A stretch of DNA of 64,000 nucleotides, from positions 643,982-707,981 of the forward strand of contig NC_068991.1 of assembly GCF_001194135.2 (NCBI RefSeq), given 5' to 3'. A program made the position numbers and the translations under genes. Source of the DNA: Octopus bimaculoides (taxonomy: Eukaryota). The notes beneath the pieces are model-generated. The model was not told the DNA's origin. It did not search any database and was given only the letters and a program-made list of their open reading frames with translations. Shown here piece by piece: positions 12,981 to 27,170 of the stretch (position 1 is the stretch's first letter; every line of letters starts with the position of its first letter).

Positions 12981-14749
12981 CTTTTAAGGGAAATGGATGT
13001 AAGAGAAAAAAAACAAAAAACAATAAGCTACCGGATGTGGATTTGACTCTGAGAAAAGTAATAGATCCTTCCCCCAAATAAGGTCCAGCTGATCAGTTAT
13101 TCTTCCGAACATCCTTCGAGAATTTTCAGCTTTTTTCTGTTCTTTTTTTTCTGAGTACTTTGCTATATTTTTTTATAAAGTCAATACAATCATACCCCGC
13201 GACACACATACATTCACATACATCCATGCATATTGGTTATTTCGTTCCGTTTCACAAGGAGAAAAAAATCGCTTGCAACAATTCATGAAAAATGGGACGA
13301 GAAAAGAAATTTGATGAATTCGCATATTTTCATATCAGCAGCGCTCAGATGCTCTTGATAAGTTAGACAAAAACTAAAAACTAGGTGGACCACGTCGAGT
13401 TATTATCTGGTCTGTTTTATGAAGACTCGGAAACTATACCCTACTACAAGAATGTGATGGGAGCTGGCAGATAAACGGATAAGATTAAGCATATTCCTAA
13501 ACTTCCACTTCTCCTTGCTAACGAAAAAGATACCGTAATATATTCAAGTTCTCGATTTCTATCTCAGAGACGCATCACATTTCTTAGAACAAAGTATTTC
13601 CTGACCTTAGTAAATAAATATGCTTTCCATTAACCACTGTGACTAATCATCTTATAGAAACAGCTTAAAACTGAGTTTAATTAATTTAATGAAACAACTG
13701 AGGCAAACTGCACGTACAATTTTGCATTTATCAGGTGGATTACTCTATTCTTTTGTTGAGTACAAATTTATCATTCTTCAAGAATATTATCGACAATCAC
13801 TTCGAAGTTTCTGTCAGTGAAGCCATCTTTGGATGGCTTAACTGTTCGAAACTTTGAACTCATTGTCAATATATTGGATTAAGAATAGTATGTGTGTATA
13901 TACATACATATACATACATACATACACACACACATACATACACATACATACATGCATACATACATACATACATACATACGTATAGGAGTAAATGTAAGCA
14001 AGTCAATATACAAAAAATATTAAATGCATTTAATACAAAAAATGCGTATAAAAATGTCCGACTTACACAGAATAGCAATAATATCAGACGTACATACAAA
14101 CACAGACGTACAACAATCCATGAGCTAGCTATATTCTAAATACCATTTCCTCACGCTATCAATAAACGAATAACTTTTTTCTCTTCCCGTCGCCATCACC
14201 TCCGCCTTCTGATCGAGTGGATGAGATGATGACGGGGTGGTGGGTTAGGGCTATTCTTCATATTTAGGGTCACGATAGAATAAACATTGGCCATATGTAT
14301 CTTACACATACACACACACACATATACTCACATATATTTATATCTATATACACAAACGTCTATATGCATACATATATACACACAAACGCATATTGTATTC
14401 TCTAAAATGTGAGCACCATGTTGCAGGAAAGCTGGGAGAGGCATCGAGAGCAACAAGATGTAGGAATGGGGAAGTGTGTGGGAAATAGGGAAAGAAGGAA
14501 ATTGGGAAGATCACAGCAGGAATAGCAGCAACAAAAAGCAACAACAACAACAACAGCAACAACAACGACAACAAAGAAAAGAGCAACAGCAATCATAACA
14601 ATAAAAGATATAACTAAAGATTAAAAGAAAGAAAATAGGAAGAAAAGTTTTTGAAAAGGAACTAGATTCCAACCTCCATATGTATGTATCTATGTATGTA
14701 TGCATGTATGTATAGATAACTATATACAAATATATACTCACACACACAC

Positions 14750-14821
<72 letters not shown>

Positions 14822-15142
14822 NNNNNNNNNNNNNNNNNNNNNNNNNNNNNNNNNNNNNNNNNNNNNNNNNNNNNNNNNNNNNNNNNNNNNNNNNNNNNNN
14901 NNNNNNNNNNNNNNNNNNNNNNNNNNNNNNNNNNNNNNNNNNNNNNNNNNNNNNNNNNNNNNNNNNNNNNNNNNNNNNNNNNNNNNNNNNNNNNNNNNNN
15001 NNNNNNNNNNNNNNNNNNNNNNNNNNNNNNNNNNNNNNNNNNNNNNNNNNNNNNNNNNNNNNNNNNNNNNNNNNNNNNNNNNNNNNNNNNNNNNNNNNNN
15101 NNNNNNNNNNNNNNNNNNNNNNNNNNNNNNNNNNNNNNNNNN

Positions 15143-15189
<47 letters not shown>

Positions 15190-15192
<3 letters not shown>

Positions 15193-15390
15193 CTTCCAGT
15201 GTATATAGGTCCCAACCCTGTCTTGTCTGTGAATATATTCCTTCTTAGCCAGGACTGGGCAGCCAGAGACAATATGGTTTATTGTTTCTTGTCCATATCT
15301 ACATATTTTGTAGTTACTTGTTATGCTTCTTTTCATTATATGTTTCTGGTAATTTCTGGTGGGGAGCCTTAAGTAGCCCTCAATAAGTAA
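15190..15390 (-). mobile_element. R4/Dong-type LINE fragment (CCHC region)
   Basis: Reads CRYGQETINHIVSGCPVLAKKEYIHRQDRVGTYIHWKL; truncated by (TA)n and a gap. Confidence 0.75.
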
Positions 15391-16159
15391 AAATGACCTG
15401 TCTTATTGTAGCCATTAGAGGTAAGCTCTGTTAAGGAATTGGCCGCTGATAATACGGACACACTACCATGAACCTATTTAATTCAAGCCCAATACGGCAG
15501 AGTCTATAATTCCTGCTGCACGTTAAGATTACAAGCTGCTATAATTCTTATTGGTCCCGAAAACAGATACGCAACGTGAAACCATCAAATCCTTGACCTT
15601 CCCACGTGATAACTACTGCACTGAAATCTAACAGAATGTCGACTCTCTGACGCCAAAAATTCATCTGCCCTACCACGTGCAGAAGACGTTGTAAAGAGCT
15701 GATGTTGAAATAGTGATATTTCAAACGCCGACACAGCGGCACAAGCATTCTGCCTGCCCCATCACATACCAATAAAATAAATGATGTCCCTATGGTAGCA
15801 AAGATGATTACGACGAAGAACTGACTTATGGAGGCGTAAAGATTCTTACCAAAATGGCATTTTAAATAGCTTTTAAATTCTTTGTATTCTATCACAGAAC
15901 ATCTGATGATGTGGATATGCCCTTCGCCTACGAAACTGTTATTCAATGCATGTAACATTAACCAAATGTGTTGAGTATTAGTTTCTTTCGTTCGTTTGTT
16001 CACTCACTTGTACACACACACCTGCATACATGTTTGTATGATTATATGTAAGTATATATAACTTTATGTATGTATGTATGTATGTATGTATGTATGTATG
16101 TATGTATGTATGTATGTATGAATGTATGCATGTGTGTATGTATGTGTATTACGTGTCTG

Positions 16160-16193
<34 letters not shown>

Positions 16194-16319
16194 CCTCTCT
16201 AATGTATTCTCCCGGAGACTTAAATTGCTGTAGAAGCCATTATTTTTGCATCACATTTGTTGAAAAATCAAATTATATAAATGGATTCTCGTCTTACAGT
16301 GTTAGAAAAGGAGCGCTTA

Positions 16320-16390
<71 letters not shown>

Positions 16391-16597
16391 ACACACACAT
16401 ATTCATGTATGTGTCTAAGTGTATATGTATCTCTCTATGTATATGTCCATGTAGTTATATATTACTATGCTTGATACATAACGTAAATAATATCAATGAA
16501 ATATATTGCACTCAATACAGCGATCACGACTAATGCATTTGTAATCATAAAACAGCGACATGAGTAGACACACATCAGGCTTTTGCAGTCAACTTAA

Positions 16598-16652
16598 GAC
16601 ACAGGCGTGATACAGGTGTGACACAGGTGTGACACTGGCGTGACAGGCGTGA
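16598..16652. repeat. About 11-bp degenerate minisatellite
   Basis: (gtgacacaggy)-like units. Confidence 0.7.
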
Positions 16653-17434
16653 AAGTGTTGGGGACTGCCAAATCTGAGATAGTCTCCACGGTGTGCCTTT
16701 AGACACACACACATACATACATACATACATATACATACACATACATACACACACGCACGCACATACATACATACATACACACATACACGCGCACGCATAT
16801 ATTCATACATACTGAAAGGTTGACAGACAGATAGGCAGACATATTCATCTGCACAGCGTTGAGATGGTTGATATGTGTAACAGTACGAATCTCCATTTTT
16901 TTTCATTTTGATTTTGTTTTGTGTTGAAGAATTAACAGATGTGATTACAATATAGGAGAGCCAAAAATCATTACAATCAGTTGGGCGGTGTGGGAGGAGT
17001 TAAGAGTAACCTCAAACACAGACAGACAGACACTATTACACATTTATCTATATAGATATGCGTATGTGTGTGTGTGTGTGTGTGTGCGTGCAGGACACTT
17101 TGGGCAGCTGTCTCCTTTCACTGCCTTGGGTTGACCAAAATCTTGTGAGTAAATTTAGTAGGCGGAAACTGTAAGGAAATTCGTCACTAGACATTGTTAA
17201 GGGGTGGCAGATCTAATGTATCACGTGGTCCCCCCCACCTGTTCCTCAGGTGCCTTTAGCAGAGTCACCTGTCTGATGATACTTTGCACCTTCCCACTCA
17301 AAGTCTTGGAGTCCTAAAAATGTCATAAGTGGCGCTATTCTTACTTCTTTAATCTGGTAAACTCTATTAATATAAAGAAAAAAAAATGAGAGGAAATATT
17401 TCCAAGATGGCTGTCATTAAGTTTAATAACTTAC

Positions 17435-17845
17435 CGTAAAACACTTGCTCTATATCATCACTTCTGATATCGGAATCTCTCTTACTACTGCGACTGCTCG
17501 CCGACCCTCTTCGATCTGATTCTGAAGCCAGGGATGTTCTCCGACTGTAATAACTGCTAGCTGAACCCCTGCGGTCTGTATCTGATGCTAAAGATGTCCG
17601 CCGACTACAAAAGCTGCTGCCTGAACCCCGCCGATCACTTTCGGAAGCAAACGAAGTTCGTCGGCTGCTGTTGCTGCTTAGTGAGATCCGTCGATCAGCC
17701 TCGGAAGTGTACGAAGTTCTCCGACTGCCATAGTCGACGAAAATCTGAGGAACAACGAACGGTGCCTGTACTTTTGAGCTCCGACAGATTGCTGGAGCTG
17801 TTACCAATTGCATTTTGTCTTCTTTTTTCTCCTTGTGGCATATTG
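17435..17845 (-). CDS. Ser/Arg-rich coding exon with four 20-aa tandem repeats
   Basis: Acceptor tattttattttctgctattttgcag|, donor TACG|GTAAGT. 411 nt, phase 1-1; covers most of ORF 17367..17813. The 60-nt repeats differ largely at synonymous positions while the RRxS pattern is kept. Confidence 0.85.
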
Positions 17846-17934
17846 CTGCAAAATAGCAGAAAATAAAATAATCGACTTTTAAGAAACTTTATAAACGATT
17901 TTCAAGAACAATAGCACAAACAACAACAACAACA

Positions 17935-17994
<60 letters not shown>

Positions 17995-18699
17995 NNNNNN
18001 NNNNNNNNNNNNNNNNNNNNNNNNNNNNNNNNNNNNNNNNNNNNNNNNNNNNNNNNNNNNNNNNNNNNNNNNNNNNNNNNNNNNNNNNNNNNNNNNNNNN
18101 NNNNNNNNNNNNNNNNNNNNNNNNNNNNNNNNNNNNNNNNNNNNNNNNNNNNNNNNNNNNNNNNNNNNNNNNNNNNNNNNNNNNNNNNNNNNNNNNNNNN
18201 NNNNNNNNNNNNNNNNNNNNNNNNNNNNNNNNNNNNNNNNNNNNNNNNNNNNNNNNNNNNNNNNNNNNNNNNNNNNNNNNNNNNNNNNNNNNNNNNNNNN
18301 NNNNNNNNNNNNNNNNNNNNNNNNNNNNNNNNNNNNNNNNNNNNNNNNNNNNNNNNNNNNNNNNNNNNNNNNNNNNNNNNNNNNNNNNNNNNNNNNNNNN
18401 NNNNNNNNNNNNNNNNNNNNNNNNNNNNNNNNNNNNNNNNNNNNNNNNNNNNNNNNNNNNNNNNNNNNNNNNNNNNNNNNNNNNNNNNNNNNNNNNNNNN
18501 NNNNNNNNNNNNNNNNNNNNNNNNNNNNNNNNAAAACATAGATCGTCCCTGGGCCGACAACGCAAACCTCTTCAATGAAAGAGTTGATGGAAAGTGTAAA
18601 TTTCTGTCGCGAATCCGAGGGAAGTTAGACGCGATCTGAATTCAAAACATTGTCTTCTGCAACAGAAGGGTCTCAGTCGCTAATTATATCTCATAATAA

Positions 18700-18860
18700 T
18701 TTAGATCCGCCCCACCGCCACCCGTGTCTAGCAGTCACGTGGCTTAAATACAAGACTGCCCGGAACAGACAAATGTAGCAAAAAAAAAAAAAAAAAAGGA
18801 AAAGGCACGTTTATGTAGAAGTGAATAAAATTATTTTAGGAAGGAAAGCAACCATCGGTG
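18700..18860. promoter_or_regulatory. Promoter-like cluster inside intron
   Basis: GC box (ccgccccaccgcc), GTCACGTGG, TATA-like TTAAATA and a plus-strand donor CATCG|GTGAGT at 18857. Confidence 0.3.
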
Positions 18861-19144
18861 AGTAACATAATTAACTTGCTACGAGATCACACACACATAC
18901 ACGCACTCACGCTCACACACACACGCATACACACACACATACACACACTCACGCTCACACACACATACGTACACACACACACACGCACAAGCAAATACAC
19001 ACTATATCTTCTCATGTGGTGGACGGTACAGTTCCGTTGAACATTGATGTGGGAAAAAAACTATTTACAGCGAAAAGATTGATTCAATGCAGAAGAAACG
19101 AATAAAAGAATGAAGTGAAAGTAATAAAGGAATACAAATCTAAC

Positions 19145-19177
<33 letters not shown>

Positions 19178-19284
19178 ATTGTATGTACATGTGTGCACAT
19201 GTATGTATACACGTATTTTATTTATGTGTACGTGTGTATGTGTATATATGTTCATATATACCGAGAGAAGAGAGAGAGAGGGAG

Positions 19285-19344
<60 letters not shown>

Positions 19345-19799
19345 CCACATCCACCAACCATTCTACGATGTTAATTCGATTCCTTTGTGCAAGAATTAAC
19401 CAATATTGAAAATCCACCAATTATCTAATCAAGTTGTAAAAGAAAAATGAAACCAAATCGAGTTGTTTAATGGAATAATTTAGAATTGCTAAATCAAATA
19501 ACTGAACATTTTAATTAGCGATTGGATTGGTTGAATAACTGAACACGTTTCACAGCTTCGCTTCAGCAACACACCCTGTCAGCAGACAGCCAATTGTAAT
19601 CTATCCGTTTCGTAGCCTGTCAAACCATTATCGTTGAGTTGTTTAAGCCACCTAGCCGTAAGAAGATACCATTTGGAAGCAGCCCTCACCCCGTTATTCA
19701 AACTGTGTAGATGATTTGTTTTTTAATTATCTCTAAATGAAATAATAACCGATATAAATGTTGGTTGGTCGAGTGATTTCTCCAGTCACGGTTTACATC

Positions 19800-19835
<36 letters not shown>

Positions 19836-20099
19836 AGCATAAGACGTCAAAGTTGATGGCGGAGCGTTGAAATTGATATGCGGTGGCAGGACGATGGTGA
19901 AGATGACAAAAGTTACGTACTCGACCGACACCAAATACATAGAACACACAAGCACGTACAGACATAACCACAGTTTATGAAGAAGGATAAATTCAGCCAC
20001 GGTTGGTTGAAGCTGAAAATAACTCTGCAATAGTTAAAATTACGATAAATGTAAACAAACTGTTTGCTTTCAGAAGCGTTGAGATGTATTGTAAGATAC

Positions 20100-20220
20100 A
20101 GATAAGGAAATAAACAAAGCAACCTCGACCACGGTAGAATTTGAACTTGGAACGTTAAGACGGACGAAATGCCGCTGAGCATTTTGCCCAGCACCGTAAC
20201 GATTCTGCCAGCTTGCTGCG
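20100..20220 (-). mobile_element. tRNA-derived SINE (family A)
   Basis: Reverse complement reads gctggcagaatcgttacggtgctgg...gttcaaattctaccgtggtcgag. Confidence 0.7.
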
Positions 20221-20226
20221 TTACTT

Positions 20227-20272
<46 letters not shown>

Positions 20273-20286
20273 TAATAATAATAATA

Positions 20287-20345
<59 letters not shown>

Positions 20346-20394
20346 AATAGGGAAATGGATAGATTGATGGAGAAAGAAATGACAGAAAAATTCA

Positions 20395-21089
20395 AGGTGT
20401 AGTACTTGCACAGACTGGACTGATCCTTAAGTCGAAATTAAATGGACGGAATAAGATCCTTAGACATGGAGCAAGGGTAATCGCATGGCCAGTAGACGAA
20501 CTAAACATCTTAGACAGAAAGACAAGGAAGTTGCTAGCTAGATATGGGATACTCCACCCAAAAAGTGAAACAGACAGACTGTATGTACCAAAAAAAAAGA
20601 GGGGGAAGAGGACTGATTGGATGCGAACACAGCATTAGAGCAGAAGAAAACAACATAGCATGGTATGTAGAAAATGCCACAGAACCGCTGTTACTAGAAG
20701 TAAGAAGGTCAGGCTTGCGTTGGATAAAAGATTGCAAAGATAAAGCACTGTACAAGAAATTGAAAACGAATGAAACTGAAAATAGGTGGGTAAAGAAAAG
20801 AATGCATGGTCAGTTTCATTGGGATGTTGAAGATAAGACAGACAGAGAAAAAAGATGGCTATGGATGACTAAAAGTGATTTAAAACCGGAAACGGAGGCT
20901 CTAATCTGTGCTGCCCAAGAGCTAGCACTAAGAACAAACTACATAAAATGCAGGATAGACAACGCATCAGAAAGTGATGAGTGCAGAATCTGTGGACAAA
21001 ACGGTGAAACCGTATGGCATATTACCAGCCAAAGTACGCCACTAGCCCAGAAGGAATATAAGAGACGCCACGACAATAAAGCCAGGCTT
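20395..21089 (+). mobile_element. R4/Dong-type LINE fragment (post-RT to CCHC)
   Basis: RLYVPKKKGGRGL motif (shifted frame), then HGQFHW, LKPETEALICAAQELALRTNY and CRICGQNGETVWHI...EYKRRHD; runs into a gap. Confidence 0.8.
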
Positions 21090-21824
21090 NNNNNNNNNNN
21101 NNNNNNNNNNNNNNNNNNNNNNNNNNNNNNNNNNNNNNNNNNNNNNNNNNNNNNNNNNNNNNNNNNNNNNNNNNNNNNNNNNNNNNNNNNNNNNNNNNNN
21201 NNNNNNNNNNNNNNNNNNNNNNNNNNNNNNNNNNNNNNNNNNNNNNNNNNNNNNNNNNNNNNNNNNNNNNNNNNNNNNNNNNNNNNNNNNNNNNNNNNNN
21301 NNNNNNNNNNNNNNNNNNNNNNNNNNNNNNNNNNNNNNNNNNNNNNNNNNNNNNNNNNNNNNNNNNNNNNNNNNNNNNNNNNNNNNNNNNNNNNNNNNNN
21401 NNNNNNNNNNNNNNNNNNNNNNNNNNNNNNNNNNNNNNNNNNNNNNNNNNNNNNNNNNNNNNNNNNNNNNNNNNNNNNNNNNNNNNNNNNNNNNNNNNNN
21501 NNNNNNNNNNNNNNNNNNNNNNNNNNNNNNNNNNNNNNNNNNNNNNNNNNNNNNNNNNNNNNNNNNNNNNNNNNNNNNNNNNNNNNNNNNNNNNNNNNNN
21601 NNNNNNNNNNNNNNNNNNNNNNNNNNNNNNNNNNNNNNNNNNNNNNNNNNNNNNNNNNNNNNNNNNNNNNNNNNNNNNNNNNNNNNNNNNNNNNNNNNNN
21701 NNNNNNNNNNNNNNNNNNNNNNNNNNNNNNNNNNNNNNNNNNNNNNNNNNNNNNNNNNNNNNNNNNNNNNNNNNNNNNNNNNNNNNNNNNNNNNNNNNNN
21801 NNNNNNNNNNNNNNNNNNNNNNNN

Positions 21825-21880
<56 letters not shown>

Positions 21881-21934
21881 GAGTATGCACTTATATATGT
21901 ATATATATACGCACATACATACACAGACAGATCA

Positions 21935-22140
21935 TCATCATCATTTAACGTTCATGTTCTCGGCTGGCATGGGTTGGACAGTTTTCCAGGATCTGATGGG
22001 TGCAAGGCCTGCATTGTACTCTGAAGTCTGCTTTAGCATTGTTTCTACAATGTGACTCCCTTCCTGATGCCAACCATTTTACTGTGTTTCTCATGCTGCC
22101 AACCACTCTTGTAAGATCACCATGCAGCTTGCAAGACTAG
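21935..22140 (-). mobile_element. RTE-type LINE/SINE 3' tail
   Basis: catcatcatttaacgtt...gctggcatgggttggac...cccttcctgatgccaacc, ending in (GAT)n on the minus strand. Family call is from memory. Confidence 0.4.
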
Positions 22141-22789
22141 AAACCCCGAAAGGAGATGAGGGGTTGAATGAAAGGACCAGGGCAGGAGAGATTTCTTGCT
22201 GTAGATGCGTTACATTTTAGAATAGACAGGAAACGGACGGGAGTGAGATGACGTTTGGTTGGGTAGATTGCCAGAGTGTGTTGGGAGTGGGGACGGGTAG
22301 AAGGAGGCAGGTATAGCGTGTGGAGAGAGGGAGAGAAAGAACGATAATTTGGTGGCGTGGAGATGTGATCAATGTAAAATGAGGGTGGAGAGAACAACAG
22401 AAGGATGAAGAGCGGAATATCAAGTGAAATGGCTACGAGTAACCTCCGACACATATCCAATTCCAGCCACCCGTAATCGACCCTGCAATAGCCAGACCCT
22501 TAATAACTGCACTTTCACATTTTTGTTGTAGGCTATTTAAAGGAGTGTACTTCATTGTACTCTTTACTTGTACTTTATTTCCCTCATTTAAGAATATGAA
22601 TAAATTATAAATTATAACGAAGCAAGGCATTCTCTCCGCACGATTGCCGATCTCCTCTAATAATAAGCTATTAATATTACATGATGCCTTTCTATTGTAT
22701 TCTCCCTCAACTGTATTTGTTGACATTCACAATAAACAATGCTGTTCTCCGCCGTCTGTTTTAATATAAATACCGATTAATCGAACGTT

Positions 22790-23240
22790 TTGTCATTTGC
22801 TTCCCAACCACAAGGTTCCGGGTTCAGTCCAACTGCAGAGCACCTTGGGAAAGTGCCTTCTATTACAGCCTCGGGCCGCCCAAAGCCTTGTGAGTGGATT
22901 TGGTAGACGGAAACTGAAAGAAACCTCTCGTATATATATATATATATATATACACACACATATATATGTATATGTATGTGTGTGTATGTGTGTGTGTATG
23001 TGTGTGTGTATGAGTGTGTGTGTGTGAGAGACTTCATGTCTCCGTTTGTCCCCTACCATCGTTTGACAATCGGTGTTAGTGTGTTTACGTTCCCGTAACT
23101 TAGAGGTTCGACAAAAGTCGCCGATAAAATAGGTATTAAGCATTAGGACTAACAAAACATTAAGTCGCTTCATTCGACTTGAATTCTTCAAGGCGGTGCC
23201 CCAGTATGGCCGCAGTGCAATGACTGAAACAAGTAAAAGA
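22790..23240 (+). mobile_element. Near-complete SINE (family B) with an internal (TA)/(TG) microsatellite
   Basis: Head ggttccgggttcagtcc...ggaaactgaaagaa, then microsatellite, then a 3' half ending gactgaaacaagtaaaaga. Parts recur at 10700-10775, 29232-29415, 34112-34300, 37898-38220, 38395-38550, 54920-55095 and 63420-63735. Confidence 0.75.
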
Positions 23241-23675
23241 TAAACAATAACAGAACTGAGTAGAATAGGTGCCACTAATGAGGTCTGATAACATCGAAAC
23301 ATGCCTTTTTTTCAACAATTAACTTTCAACGCCAGGCACACTCCCAAATGCGTCGTTTTTATTATCTACGAACTTTGATTGTTTCACTTTGTTGCGATTA
23401 CTTTCCTTAATTGCTTTTTCGATCATCAACTACCCGGATATTGATATTTCCATTGCTAGAATGGGAAAAAAAATTCTGTGACTGGGAGATGTAAACTGCC
23501 ACAGCCAACCGACTAAAAAGAATCGTTCAAAGAATTTACTGTAAAAGTAAAAAAATCAAAGAAAATAGAGCGAAACCAGATTTTTCATGTTGAGTAATGT
23601 TCTGTGATTCTGTGTGGTCAGTGGAGCGTAGTTCGGAAGTGAGATTCTGCCCTTCCTATAGTACACACACACACA

Positions 23676-23727
<52 letters not shown>

Positions 23728-24149
23728 NNNNNNNNNNNNNNNNNNNNNNNNNNNNNNNNNNNNNNNNNNNNNNNNNNNNNNNNNNNNNNNNNNNNNNNNN
23801 NNNNNNNNNNNNNNNNNNNNNNNNNNNNNNNNNNNNNNNNNNNNNNNNNNNNNNNNNNNNNNNNNNNNNNNNNNNNNNNNNNNNNNNNNNNNNNNNNNNN
23901 NNNNNNNNNNNNNNNNNNNNNNNNNNNNNNNATATGTGTGTGTGTGTTTGTATAGGAAGCAGGAAATATAAAATAATTTGTTACAATAATTATAGAAAGA
24001 AAATTTTAATTAAGAAACAAAATAAAATAAACATTAAAAAAATGAATTATCAATAGTGTTCGAAGTCGTTTTACGTCGGCCATTGTGATGAGAAGGCGGA
24101 GGAGGAAGAAGAGGAGGACGACGAAGATATGAAGGAGATTAAGAGGGTA

Positions 24150-24217
<68 letters not shown>

Positions 24218-24406
24218 GTAAAAGCGATGGAAGCTGGAAGATAATTTTCTGCCTGATGAATTTAACGTAAAGCAAATAGAATTAGAATCTTTGTCGCAGT
24301 GTTGTGTATCAGCTTTAATTTAAGTGGAAAAATATCTTCCTGAACGAAATGTCTTAAGGAAACACTTAGCGAAGCCGCCGCTGGATATGGCGGCCAAGTA
24401 GACATT

Positions 24407-24468
<62 letters not shown>

Positions 24469-24496
24469 ATAATAATAATAATAATAATAATAATCA

Positions 24497-24850
24497 ACAT
24501 ATCAATCTCAATAGATGACAATGTATCTCTAAAAGAAACGGAGAAACTCCCGAAATACAATGATATGGGAATGGAGATAACAAGAATATGGAACCTAAAA
24601 AGAGACAATAATCGGTGCATGAGATATGGTAAAAAAACATACAAACAAATACATAAGCAAAACAGCAGAACTGACAAGTATATACAACATACAGAGAATA
24701 ACACTTCTGGGCAGCGCACACATCCTACGCAAACCACTTTCCATAAAGTAAAAGAAATAACAATACTAAAACAAACCAGAGCAAATACCAAAGGCACACA
24801 GAGCTGCACTCAATAGCGTAGTGAAAACAAGCGATAGAGATAAGGCTACT
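24497..24850 (+). mobile_element. 5'-truncated R4/Dong-type LINE 3' end
   Basis: Reads VSLKETEKLPKYNDMGMEITRIWNLK...IQRITLLGSAHIL; flanked by (TAA)n on the 5' side and (GAT)n on the 3' side. Confidence 0.7.
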
Positions 24851-25089
24851 GAATGATGAAGATGATGATGATGATGATGATGGTTTCATCTGTTTGACAC
24901 CAGGGCAAAGGATGAGGAGGAAAATACAAAGGCAGACACAAAGTGTGGAGGTTTACATATAATGAAATGATAAAATATGTAAATAAAAAAAAAGGAGTAA
25001 GTATAGACGGAATGCAATGAAAAGGAAGGGAAATAGACATGGAGTAGAAAGGTGAAAGAAGTGGATTGTGATAATAATGATGTAGTTGC

Positions 25090-25640
25090 TCTGCTGATAC
25101 AGGGGGAGATAATTGAGGCACCCCACCGCAAGTGTCTCCACTGTGCCGAATCTGTAACCATTGCCCATATAGTGACCGAATGCCCTTGATTAGCCCCCAC
25201 ATTATTATAGGTTGTAGCGACATGATGTGGCAGCGAAAGTGCCACATTGGAAACTATGTGAAAAGTGGAGTCTAGAGAGAGGCGTGGTATGAACACAAAC
25301 CGCAAAGAGTGGCGGAGACGGGGACCTGCAAAATCCTGTGGAATCTCCCAATCCAAACATAACAAACCGGAGCTAGTGATGGGGGACAAGGTGAACCACA
25401 AAGGCTATATAATTGTTGTTGCGTTGCCCCTTTGATCCACGGATAGTTAAGAACGAAGGCTAAAATATAGATATATACAATCTTATTAAGTAGACGATAG
25501 CCCGACTACGGAAAATGAAGGTGAAGATAGTGCCAATTATGGTTGAATCAGTATCAGACGGCGTCAAAGTGCTCAGTAGAGTTCTGGTCACGGCCACAAT
25601 AATCAGGAAAGTATTAGTTGAAAAGAACAGATAGCATGGC
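25090..25640 (+). mobile_element. Degenerate R4/Dong-type LINE RLE domain
   Basis: Reads CLHCAESVTIAHIVTECP...AWYEHKPQRVAETGTCKILWNLPIQT...KVKIVPIMV, with stops and frameshifts. Confidence 0.65.
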
Positions 25641-26062
25641 AGCGTAAGGCTGGAGGTAGCGAACCCGCTACGCATGCAAGAAACTGATAGTGCAAGTGGC
25701 ATACATTGCTTGTTGTCACATGAGAAGACATCAGAAAATCCTTCAGGAAGAATTTGGAAATGGTTTCATGTCGCTCTTTAAGAATGCTGTAAGATGGCAG
25801 ATGATGTAGGATTTCTCCGTGAAAGAGAGACGGCAACATTTTGACCGTCCAGAAATGCTTGTGCCTTTTCTAACATTGCTCACCACTGGTCTCCGTTTGT
25901 CCTATTTACCAGTGACCTTTCTGCAGCAGATTAAATAAAAGCAAAAATCTCAGATCAAATTTTGTGACTTACTGTTCTTTCTCTCCTAAGATATGTGCGT
26001 GAATGCATGTGCGTCGTATGCATGCGTGTATGCATGTATATGTATANNNNNNNNNNNNNNNN

Positions 26063-26093
<31 letters not shown>

Positions 26094-26798
26094 TATATCG
26101 ACAGAGAGAAAGAGGGGGGAGTAGGAGAGAGTAAGAAGAGACAGAAAAAAAGTGAAGGGCCGGCATCGTGCCGTGTAATTTAACAGTGTGTATTCACAAA
26201 TTATGTAGCATTTAGAAATTCTAGATCAGTTGAATAGAGAGGCGGGGTTGGTGTTGGTGCTGCAGGCGGCGGGAAGTAAACGAGAAACAAGTAAGTTAAT
26301 TAGGTAAAGCTATCAATAAGTTAATTAACTGTAACATGTAGAACATAGAGTGGAGACCTGTCATCATCAAACCCTTTATTATTATACGTTCATTTTTCTT
26401 ATGCTTTACAGTCAGACATGTGTATATATGCTGCAATGACATGTATGTGCACAGCAGATAGCTTCCATAAAAGCAAGCTGCATGCACGTGTATAGACACA
26501 CACACACACGATATATATTTGTACATGTTTATAAATAGATACACACAAACACATATATGTATATGTATGTATACACACACACATACATATGTACGCATGC
26601 ATATGAATGTATTCTGTTTGTGTCTGTGCAATGTAGATATTCTGCGTTAAAAATAATAAAAAAACAAAAAAAAAATCACCGAAGATTACGGAAGACTGTA
26701 TTCAATAGAAGTGCTCAATGCTTCGTATGATGTAGAGCTTATTGATAAAGTTCATTTCTGGAGTATTACAGATTGTTTCAACGAGGAAGGGGAGAGAC

Positions 26799-26924
<126 letters not shown>

Positions 26925-27136
26925 TTAAGACTCGGTGGAGAAGAGTCCAGGCAAAAGCCTCAGGGAAAATATAAACAAGAATAGAACCAGAACACAATGG
27001 TTGGAAGGTATGGTAGGAGCATAGATCACGTGGTTTCTATTGAGGGCCACGAGGAAGATTTGGGAGCATAACAGGGGGGAGTTTGAGGAACCAGATAAAA
27101 TCAGTAAAACAAAAGAAGTCTGACAATATATATATT

Positions 27137-27170
<34 letters not shown>

